This document shows, in pieces, positions 36,839-45,467 of a DNA stretch of 64,000 nucleotides (position 1 is its first letter; each line of letters opens with the position of its first letter). The notes below the pieces were generated by a model. It saw only the letters and a list, made by a program, of their open reading frames with translations. It was not told the DNA's origin and did no database searches. This stretch comes from Mantamonas sphyraenae STR306 (Eukaryota > Protista > CRuMs), in the NCBI GenBank assembly GCA_026936335.1, contig JAPMXV010000022.1, forward strand, positions 169,290 to 233,289, given 5' to 3'. A program made the position numbers and the translations under genes.

Positions 36839-37543
36839 ATGATGTCTCTGCGTACTGTGTCCCTGTGGATGTGTGTGTTGGGTCTGCTCTCAATGGCTGT
36901 GTGTCAGCCGCTGGACGAAAAGGTGCTGGCGGCCATTGAGGAAGCCAGTGTGGAGGCGTTGGAGAGTGTCCTCAGCCACACGGGTCCCAGTGCAGACACC
37001 CTTCGTCTGTACATGGGCGAAGCCACCAAACGAAACCATCTGCATCTGCTGCCCACCCTTATCAAGCACGATAGCGGCGTCACCACGTCGGCACGCCAGC
37101 AGCGCCTGGACGCCCTGGCCACACTCACCTCCCAGCCCCTGGCTGACTGGGATGCCGGTCGTCTGGGCTGGTGGTTTGTCTTTCGCATGCAGGGCGAGCT
37201 GGGCTTTGCCGTCATTGGGCCTGTGGCACGCCTGCGCAAGGCGGACCTCACCGGCGCCAAGTTTGTCGAGGCGTACACGCAGCAAGACGCCGCGGCTGCC
37301 ACCGATGCCACCTCTCTGCTTCAGGCAGACTCTGTGCGTGCCTTTGCCGACCATTTGGCAGAGCAGATCATCGGCAACCCGGACATGGCTGCCAAGGGCC
37401 AGAAGCAGCGCAAGGGACCCCTCGAGCGCCGCACCCTCGCCGAGAGCATGATCACCGATCTGTGGGCCGTGTGGAAGTCACCGCCCACCGCCGCACTGAA
37501 CGATGCCTCCACAACCGAGGAGGCACAGAAGGATGAGCTTTGA
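36839..37543 (+). CDS. ER-lumen protein of unknown function
   Basis: N-terminal signal peptide (VSLWMCVLGLLSMAVC) and C-terminal KDEL*. Confidence 0.8.
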   Translation: MMSLRTVSLWMCVLGLLSMAVCQPLDEKVLAAIEEASVEALESVLSHTGPSADTLRLYMGEATKRNHLHLLPTLIKHDSGVTTSARQQRLDALATLTSQPLADWDAGRLGWWFVFRMQGELGFAVIGPVARLRKADLTGAKFVEAYTQQDAAAATDATSLLQADSVRAFADHLAEQIIGNPDMAAKGQKQRKGPLERRTLAESMITDLWAVWKSPPTAALNDASTTEEAQKDEL

Positions 37544-37665
37544 TGGCGTGGACAACAATGCATTTCTACGATAAATGTACGAATTTTGATTGAGACGAAA
37601 ATACTTGTTGGATGAGAGTTGGTATAATTTATACATGAATCAAAAAAGACGCCTATGCTGCATGC

Positions 37666-38274
37666 TCAAGCCTCGACGAGAGACACGCCACACTCCACAT
37701 GGTTTCCAGCCTCTGCAATAAGGGCTTCCGAGTCCAAGGAGGCGTAGCAGGAGGCGCAAAAGTCGAGGCCGCACTTTTGGTCAGCGTAGCGAGCGCCGGG
37801 TTCAATGTCGTTCATGCAGGCGTCGCACATGTACTCTGCATCGCCACCGTCGCCGAGACCGCCGGATTCCTGCATAAATGAGTAGAGCTGGTCGGCGGAG
37901 ATGTCTTCTCCACCCGACTGGGCCAGCAGCATGGCGTAGGCCTCGTCGTCGAGGTAGTCTGAAGCATGGGTTGCGTTTGCCCAGCCTTCCTCACCCAACT
38001 CGACCTCGCCCACCAGGTGGGAGATCTCGTCGGCCATCTCTGCAGCCACAGCCTCGTCCTCCTCTGTCTGCACGTCTGTGGATGAGGAGGAGGAGGAGGA
38101 AGACGAGGATGAGGAGGAGGAGGAAGAGGAAGAGGAGGATGCAAGGGCGCTCTGGACGTCGCTGGTGCTGGAAGATGTGTCAACGGATGTGGTGACGTCG
38201 GTGGTGGTTGTAGCGTCACTGCCAGAGTCCTGGGTGGCGAGTGCGGTGTTTGTTTCGCTGGTGTCGTGGCTCAT
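37666..38274 (-). CDS. Small acidic Ser/Thr-rich protein with C-terminal ZZ-like zinc finger
   Basis: YMCDACMNDI..GARY....CGLDFCASCY resembles a partly degenerate ZZ finger. Confidence 0.65.
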   Translation of the reverse strand: MSHDTSETNTALATQDSGSDATTTTDVTTSVDTSSSTSDVQSALASSSSSSSSSSSSSSSSSSSSTDVQTEEDEAVAAEMADEISHLVGEVELGEEGWANATHASDYLDDEAYAMLLAQSGGEDISADQLYSFMQESGGLGDGGDAEYMCDACMNDIEPGARYADQKCGLDFCASCYASLDSEALIAEAGNHVECGVSLVEA

Positions 38275-38383
38275 GGCGGGTGTGGAGAGCGAGAGAGATG
38301 ATCGTGGTGGAAGGGCGGCCGCAGGGACAAAGCAACCCACTCCGCTGGACACCACCACACACGCACGTACACAGAGACACATC

Positions 38384-39931
38384 ATGCAGGACCTGACTGG
38401 GGACGGAGGGGTGACCAAGGCGGTGCTGTATGCCCCCGATGGGGCAGAGGAGATGGAGCGACCGCAGAAAGGGGCCAATGTGGTGGTGGCGTACACAGGA
38501 GTGCATCGAGGGAAGCAATTCGACACGGCGCAAAGCTTCCAGTTTTCGCTTCTGAGTGGACAGGTGATTGAGGGATGGGACGTGGCGGTGGCATCGATGG
38601 TGTTGGGTGAAAAGTCGTTGTTTGTGGTCAAGTCTGAGTATGGGTATGGGGACTTGGGGGCGGGAGACCTGCCGCCTGGAGCGGAGCTTGAGTTTGAGAT
38701 TGAGCTGTTGGGATTCACAAACCCTGTGGATTCGGTGGCAGCTGTGAATGAGGTGTTGCACAAGGAGTTTGCAGTGAGTGTGAAGGAGGTGGTGGCCACA
38801 AGCCAGAAGAAACGCGGGGGCATTGTAATTTCGCGGAACTACGTGAACAGCAATGCGCAGGTGATTGCCAACCAGTTTGACTTTGTGGATTCATTGAGTG
38901 AGGATCGCATGGATGAGTTTCTGGACATGTTGGACTCCTCGTTTGCCCACGAGGCGGACCAAGAACGGGATCGCTTCCGGGACATCCTTCCCTTTGCCCA
39001 CAACGCGGTCATGGTCGATGGCGAGTACTTTAACGGCTCCTACATCAATCTTCCTGTGGGGACAGATGAGGAGGGGGACACGGGAGGAGCAGGCAGTGGC
39101 CCAGGGGGTCTGTTGTTGCAATGGCCAGGTTCAACCAGCACATCGTCATCGTCATCGTCATCATCGTCATCATCGTCATCGTCATCATCGTCATCGTCAT
39201 CATCATCGTCCGAGGACGGGGATGTGAAGGATGGGACACAGGGCGAGGTGAATGTGCATCAACAGTACATTGCCACGCAATGGCCGCTGGAGGGGACGGT
39301 GGGAGACTTTTATCGCATGCTTGTGAGGGAAAGGGTGCGTGTGGTGGCCGTGTTGGCCAATGACACCACGGAGAGTGTGCAAGCATACTGGCCCACCGAC
39401 GAGACGGATGATCTGGTATGGTCTGATGGCATGCGGGTGCATCTGGTGAGCATGGAGGACTACACCGACAAACAACGCACCCGTGTGCGTGTGTTGGACA
39501 TCACAGAGGGTGGTGATGATGATGACGATGGTCGAGCCTGGCGTGTCCTTCACCTCCAGTTCACCGCATGGGGTGACTTTGGCGTGCCAACAGAACGGGA
39601 CTTTCGCTGCTTCCTGGACACCTTCCAGGAGCAGAGTGGTGCGTTTGTGGATGGTCTTCAGGATCAACAGGTGGACAAGGAGGACCTGGGTCCCATGGTG
39701 GTCCACTGTCGCGCAGGAGTGGGACGCACAGGAACGTTTGTGCTCGTCCACTGGTTCTCCACCATGGTGGCGCGTGTGCTGGCCCAAACGGGTGCACACA
39801 AGCAAGACGTGGTCATCAACGTGGCCGCTGCTCTGTGGGCGTTGCGTCAACAACGAGTGCAGATGGTGCAGACGGGAGCACAGTACAAGTTTGCCTGGAG
39901 GATGATCCGTGATCTGCTCGACGCTCTCTGA
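38384..39931 (+). CDS. FKBP-type peptidyl-prolyl isomerase fused to a classical protein tyrosine phosphatase
   Basis: FKBP: DLTGDGGVTK, YTG..FD, GQVIEGWD..V.SM..GEK, YGYG, PPGAELEFEIELL. PTP: DILPF, YFNGSYI, YIATQWP, DFYRM, WGDFGVP, VHCRAGVGRTG, MVQT..QY. All in one uninterrupted ORF. Confidence 0.9.
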   Translation: MQDLTGDGGVTKAVLYAPDGAEEMERPQKGANVVVAYTGVHRGKQFDTAQSFQFSLLSGQVIEGWDVAVASMVLGEKSLFVVKSEYGYGDLGAGDLPPGAELEFEIELLGFTNPVDSVAAVNEVLHKEFAVSVKEVVATSQKKRGGIVISRNYVNSNAQVIANQFDFVDSLSEDRMDEFLDMLDSSFAHEADQERDRFRDILPFAHNAVMVDGEYFNGSYINLPVGTDEEGDTGGAGSGPGGLLLQWPGSTSTSSSSSSSSSSSSSSSSSSSSSSSEDGDVKDGTQGEVNVHQQYIATQWPLEGTVGDFYRMLVRERVRVVAVLANDTTESVQAYWPTDETDDLVWSDGMRVHLVSMEDYTDKQRTRVRVLDITEGGDDDDDGRAWRVLHLQFTAWGDFGVPTERDFRCFLDTFQEQSGAFVDGLQDQQVDKEDLGPMVVHCRAGVGRTGTFVLVHWFSTMVARVLAQTGAHKQDVVINVAAALWALRQQRVQMVQTGAQYKFAWRMIRDLLDAL

Positions 39932-39982
39932 GGCCATGGGAATGAACGCTGGTGTGGTGTTGCGGTGAAAGAGCCAAGGTGT

Positions 39983-40765
39983 TTACTCCTCACTAAAGTG
40001 GGTGGGTGGGTGGGTGGGTGGGTGGATGGCGCACGACCATGCGTGTGGGTCCCTTGTCAGCACACACACCGAAATAAACGGGATGGGGCAAAAGCGGAAA
40101 CGGGAACACGGCCACACAAACTCGCGCCGTACGCCTGCCATGGCCATAGCGGACGGTTGCACAGACGGTGAAGCGACACAAGCTGTGTGTGCGCACGTGT
40201 GCATGCACCCTATGTGGTGTGCAACGCTGTGTGGCACGACCACATTGCCGTGAAAGGCGCTGGCGGAAAAAAAGGGGCGCAAAAAAAAAAAGAATTGGGC
40301 TCAAACGCACGTCTTCTCCTCCTCCTCGGGCTGCTCCTCCTCCTTCTCCTGCTCCTCGGGCTCCTCCTCGTCCTGCTCCTGCTCCTCGGGCTGCTCCTCG
40401 GTCTGCTCCTCGGTCTGCTCGTCCTCCAGCTCGGGCTCCTCCTCCTCCTCGGAAGAGTACAGCTCGGAATCGTCGGCAGAGTCGGCTTCACCGCGCTCCA
40501 GGGCGTCCAGCTCGGCCTCGGCGTCCTCGACGTCATCGTCCTCAAGCTCAGACAGCTCGTCCTGGTCGTCCTCCTTGTCCTCGGCGGTCAGCTCCTCCTC
40601 AGCCTCGCTGTCCTCGGGGGCGGCGGCGGCCTGGGCCTCCTCAGCCACGGGCTGCTCCTGCACGGGGGCGGCCGATTCCACGGTCACCTCGGCGGGGGTC
40701 TGCTCCACAGACACAGCCAGGCCAGCAATCACCAGCATCAGCACAATCAGGGTGGTCTTGATCAT
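39983..40765 (-). CDS. Secreted, extremely Glu/Asp-rich protein; intron 39993..40310
   Basis: Signal peptide MIKTTLIVLMLVIAGLAVS followed by an almost purely acidic chain. A GTGCGT donor, GCTGAC branch point and TTTAG acceptor give the C-terminus EKTEE*. Confidence 0.75.
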
Positions 40766-40846
40766 GAGTGTTGTTGTCAAAAGTTGTTTGGGTTGGGTGT
40801 GCAGGGGAAGGTGGGTGGAGGGCCAACCAATGCGTTGTCATTCATT

Positions 40847-42549
40847 TCAAAAGGCAGAGTGCATGCACTTGCCACCAAACACCTCCATGGCCATGTTGGC
40901 GTCCATGGAGCAGTGGATGCAGATCTGAGCCCCGAGCTCGTCCACAGTCATCGGTTCGCCTTCGCCCGTGTGGTGGAAGTCGCAGGTGGCATCTTCACCC
41001 TCGAAAACCTCACCACACTTGGCACAGTACATGCCTCCGGTGAATCCCCCGTTGTCCGTGTTGGTGTTGGTGTTGGTGTTGGTGTTGGTGGTGTTGGTGG
41101 TGGTGGTGGTGGACGTTGTGCTGTTGTTGGAGGTGTTGCTGGTGTTGTTGCTGGTAGTGCTGGTGGTGCTGGTGTTGGACGTTGTGTTGCTGCTGTTGCC
41201 ACTGCTGCTGGCATTGGAAGTGTTGGACGAGCTTCCACTTCCACCCTTGCCAGACTCCAGATCGTCCAGCTCCTTGTCCAGACCCTCCAGCTCCTTGTCC
41301 AGGGCATCGGCTTCGGTCTTGACACTTGCAATGTCGCCCTTGATCTTGTCAAAGGCAGCCTTGGATGCGTTGTGGATCTCCTCTGCGGCCGAGGCCCGTT
41401 GCTCCAGCTCGTTCAGCACCAGCTCCTTGTCCTGTGCCTCCTTCTCCAAGTCCTTCAGACTGGCCTCTGCCGTCTTGAGCTGCTCCGTGAGACGGTACAC
41501 CTCCTGCTTGCACTCCACAATGGACTTTTGTGCCGCATCCACCTCGGCCTGCGTCGTCGCCGTCTGGTCACGGATGACCACCCGTTGCGTGGCTGCCTCA
41601 TCCACCGCACTTGATGCGTCTGCCATGGCCTTGCTCAGTCCTGTCATCCGTTGCGCCAAACCCTTCTTCTTGTCCAGCGCCTGTTGACGCTTCCGTGCCA
41701 CCTCACCCAGCTTCTTCTTGCGTGCCTCTTCCCGTGCCGCTGCCTCTGCTGCTGCCTTTTGGTCCTCCTCGCTTGTGTTGTTGCCTGCCTTGTTGTTGTT
41801 GTTGCTGCTGTTTGATGACGACGATCCCGTGCCTTTGTTGTCGCCATTTTGCCCATCCTCCACCATGAACGACTTGAGGGACCAGTCGTTCTCTGTGTGT
41901 GGGATTGGTGAGGGAGGGGGGGTGGGAGGGTGTTTTCGGCATGTGAGCAACACGAGGGTTGGTTCGGGGCAAGCATTGTGTGCGTGGCAAGCGTGGGCTC
42001 CGTTCGCAGTCCTGGGAAAACGAGCGCCAATTCCCCTCTTGCTGCAAGGGACAAAACGCACCGGTGACGGTCAGACGCAGCACCTTTCCGTCGCTGAGAC
42101 GGATGGCCTCGGCAAGTTCCTACGCATGGGTAGTGTGCACAAGCAAATTGCACTTGCGTGTGAGTGGTGTGGGCCAGCGTGTGCAGGTGGAACGGAATCG
42201 GAATCGGAATTGGGTGGAACGAAAGCGCAAACACGGGGAAGAGACGGGGGGGAGGGGAAGAAGGAACACTTGGGGTCACCAGAGGCGTGTTGGGTAAACA
42301 CATACTTCGTCACACGTGATGGTGCACCAGTCATCGTCCTCGTCCTGGTACTTGAGACCAAACTCGGCGGCCTTGAGGTCGTACAGCTGGGCGACCTGGG
42401 TTTTCACAGCCTGAACGTTCTTGCTGTTGTCAGGCAGCTGGATGCGGCGCACGTCGTTGTTGAATTTGACTTTGAGTTTCTGTGGGACATGGGTGTGTTA
42501 GGTAAGGGCGGGGGATTGGAGAGGGAGGAGGGAGGAGTCCACCAACCAT
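40847..42549 (-). CDS. PB1-domain, coiled-coil, C-terminal Cys/His protein; exons 42549-42547 (ATG only), 42479-42306, 42119-42062, 41892-40847
   Basis: Spliced M|KLKVKFNNDVRRI...LKYQDEDDDWCTITCDE|ELAEAI gives the PB1 basic Lys plus OPCA motif. A long heptad region and terminal CAKC..CDFHH..CIHC..CMH follow. The PB1 exons are absent from the ORF track. Confidence 0.82.
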
Positions 42550-42655
42550 CGCGTTTGGAGTTGAGTCGGGAGTTGGTTTGGAGGAGTGTGGGCAGATGGA
42601 CCCGAAAGCTATTCCTATTTGCATTCATTGTTGGCATGGGGAAGGACGCATTCAT

Positions 42656-44035
42656 TCACCACTCGTCACCCACCTCGTCGCTGTATGCGGACAGAGTGCA
42701 GTGTGGGAGAGTGTCCCGGAGATGAACGATGAGGGATTCCGAAATGCCGTACACACCATCGCCATGGAGGGTGGAGAGGGAAGGGCAGGAGTCCACGAGT
42801 GCCTGGATGGAAGTGTCTGTGACGGCTTTGGCGTGGTCGAGGGAGAGGTATTGGAGGAGAGGGGCGTGCTTGGCAAGAGCCAGGAGGACGTCGTCGTCGA
42901 CGGCAGAATGCATGTGGTCGAGTTGGAGAGATAAGAGGTTGGGCATGGCAGAGAGGGCAAGGGCGAGGGTGTGAGGGGAGAGGTCGTTGGCGTAGGAGAG
43001 GTCGAGATGTTCAAGGGAGGAGCCATGGTGGATGAGAGCACCAAGGCAGGCATCGTCGAGGGCATCGACAGAGGCGAGATGGAGGTCACTCAGGTGGGTG
43101 TTTGTGGATAGAAGGGCAGCAAGGCCGTCGGGATGGATGGGTGGGCTGTTGTTGAGGTTGAGGGAGTGCAAGTGGGTGAGGGAGGATGCAATGAGGGCCA
43201 AGTCACTGTCATCGATGGTGGGTGGGTTGGCAATGTCCAGATGGGTGAGGAGGGTGGCACTCTGGGCCAGATGGGCAAGACCTGCACCGGAGTAGTGGGC
43301 GCAGTTGGCCAGGGTGAGCGTGTGGAGGTTGGGGCAATGGGAGGCCAGAGCACGGAGGCCATGGTCATCGACTTTGGTGTGGGTGGCATGAAGGGTGTGC
43401 AACTGAGTGCATCCATGCACCAGTGGCTCCAGGGCCTCGCCAGTGAGCCCGCGTACGTTGTGGGCAGACACACAGCGCAGGAGGGTGTGGTCCTGCATGG
43501 CGGTGCAAAAGTCGATGGAAAGGTGGGGCATGTAGTCCACAATGAGGGTGGTGAGGTTGGGAAAGGCGGGGGCGGCGTCGGCCAGGGCGGCGTCGGACAC
43601 GCGGAGGTAGCTGAGGTCCAGGTGGGTCAGGGACGGGTAGGAGAGGGCAAAGATGGAGCGTAGGCCCTGGTCACCCAGTTGCATGCATCGATGCAGGGCA
43701 AGATGGGCCAGCATGTCGTGACATTGGCACAGGGCGTTCTCCACAAGACCGGCGGCACCCATGTTGGTCAGGCGACCACTACAAAGGGAGAGGAAACGGG
43801 TGTGGGTCATGTTGCGAGCCAAGTCCACCAGAGTGGCATCTTCCAGGCGTGGGGCGTCTGTGGAGAAGTCGACACGCTCCCAGGCCAGGGGATCGTAGGC
43901 GGCGGCGTAAAAGTCGCGGCAAACACGTGCAGCCACACATTTGTCAAACACAGAGAGGTGGGTAAAGACGTGGCAAATGAGCTCAACAGGCAGGTGGAGG
44001 ATGGTCATGGGACCATCTCCGTCGTCGTCGTCCAT
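42656..44035 (-). CDS. F-box/LRR protein (FBXL family)
   Basis: LPVELICHVFTHLS..DK..AARVCRDF...AYDP..W followed by Cys-containing LRRs (LTHLDLS, CPNLHTLTLANC, LEHLDLS). Confidence 0.9.
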   Translation of the reverse strand: MDDDDGDGPMTILHLPVELICHVFTHLSVFDKCVAARVCRDFYAAAYDPLAWERVDFSTDAPRLEDATLVDLARNMTHTRFLSLCSGRLTNMGAAGLVENALCQCHDMLAHLALHRCMQLGDQGLRSIFALSYPSLTHLDLSYLRVSDAALADAAPAFPNLTTLIVDYMPHLSIDFCTAMQDHTLLRCVSAHNVRGLTGEALEPLVHGCTQLHTLHATHTKVDDHGLRALASHCPNLHTLTLANCAHYSGAGLAHLAQSATLLTHLDIANPPTIDDSDLALIASSLTHLHSLNLNNSPPIHPDGLAALLSTNTHLSDLHLASVDALDDACLGALIHHGSSLEHLDLSYANDLSPHTLALALSAMPNLLSLQLDHMHSAVDDDVLLALAKHAPLLQYLSLDHAKAVTDTSIQALVDSCPSLSTLHGDGVYGISESLIVHLRDTLPHCTLSAYSDEVGDEW

Positions 44036-44110
44036 GGGTGTTGGGGTAATATTGGTTGTGCCCACGGTGGCCCAAAACAAAACAAACCAAACCAAACCAC
44101 AAGACACAGG

Positions 44111-45278
44111 ATGATCAAGTCGAGCTGGGTCCTTGTGCTGATTGCCATGCTTGCATTCAGCTGCGCGTACGCTGAGGAGGAGAAGCAGGAGGAGGAGACT
44201 CTGAGCAACCTGACCGAGGCAGAAGCCGAGGTGGAGGAGCTGAAGGAGGAGGAGGCTGACCCGCAGGAGGACGCCGTTGCCGATGCCGAGCTTGAGAACA
44301 AGCTGGACGAGGTTAGCGACGAAAGCGCCGACTCTCTGGACGAGGAGGAGACGGAGGATTCCGACGAGGTGGAGTCCAGCGATGACACCGACGAGAACGA
44401 TGAGAACGATGAGGATGCTGACGAGAGCGATGACGAGGACGACGAGGAGGACAGTGACAACGAAGATGAGGAGGATGCCGTGCAGGACACCTGGTTCCGC
44501 CGCCGCCGTCGTCGTGGCGAGAGCTTCGTGAAGAAGGTCATGGGCAAGGTGCACAAGGCCCGCCTGAACAACGCCATGTCGGAGGCCAGCAAGCAGTGCT
44601 GGGCCGCTAGCGGCATCCAGCGCACGTGCAAGAAACTGTCTAGTGAGTTGTGGGGCGGGAGTGGGACCGGTGGGGGCAGTGTGGCAAGAGAGAGGGTGGA
44701 ATGGTGGTTTGCCCCCTTTTTTTTTGTGGGTGTGGGTTGCGTGCTAAGGAGGCTGACCACGCCCGTGTTTGCAGAGGCATCCGCTTGCCCGACCACCGTG
44801 TACGCCTTTTCGGTGATTGCTCGCGCTTACAAGTCGTGCCGCGACGTCAAGGCCGTCAAGGAGGCCTACAAGCTGGCGGTAAGTTGGCGCGCGCATTGAG
44901 CCCGTTTTTTTTCTTTGCGGATGCGGAAAAACATGTTTCGGGGCGTAGTACTGACGCACGACGATGGGGTGTGGCACACAGACGAGCAGCCCGTTTGACA
45001 AGTGCCATTACAACTGCAAGAGCATGGTTGTGAACGTGAAGAGGTCGATTGGCCCTCAGCGCTTCCGGGAGAAGCTGGCGTCGTCTGCGCTTCGCACCCA
45101 GATGCACCGTCTGCGTGACGAGAACGACGAGGAGGACGAGGACAACGATGAGGATGATGAGGATGATGAGGATGAGCAGGAGGCGCAGGCCAAGCTGCAG
45201 GAGAGCAAGGGTGAGGATGAAGTGGAGGACAAGGACATGGGCGGCGGAGGCTGGTGGTGCTGCTTTGGCTGGTGCTGA
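44111..45278 (+). CDS. Secreted acidic precursor with 6-Cys domain and WWCCFGWC tail, paralog B; introns 44643..44774 and 44879..44981
   Basis: Signal peptide MIKSSWVLVLIAMLAFSCAYA, D/E tract, RRRRRR, spliced 6-Cys domain, and terminal DMGGGGWWCCFGWC*. Confidence 0.85.
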
Positions 45279-45467
45279 TGAGGGGACTGTGCGACAGGCT
45301 TGGTTGTGAAGGAGAAAGGTGGGATCCGGAGTTGCACCCACCATGTTGGTGTGTTGGTGCAGCAGCATGGGGACCACAACCCCCTTTGCAACCCAAACAA
45401 AAAAACCAAAAACCACCCCCACTTTTTTTCCAAACCCATTGTCTCGTTTGGCCAAACAACCGGAACA

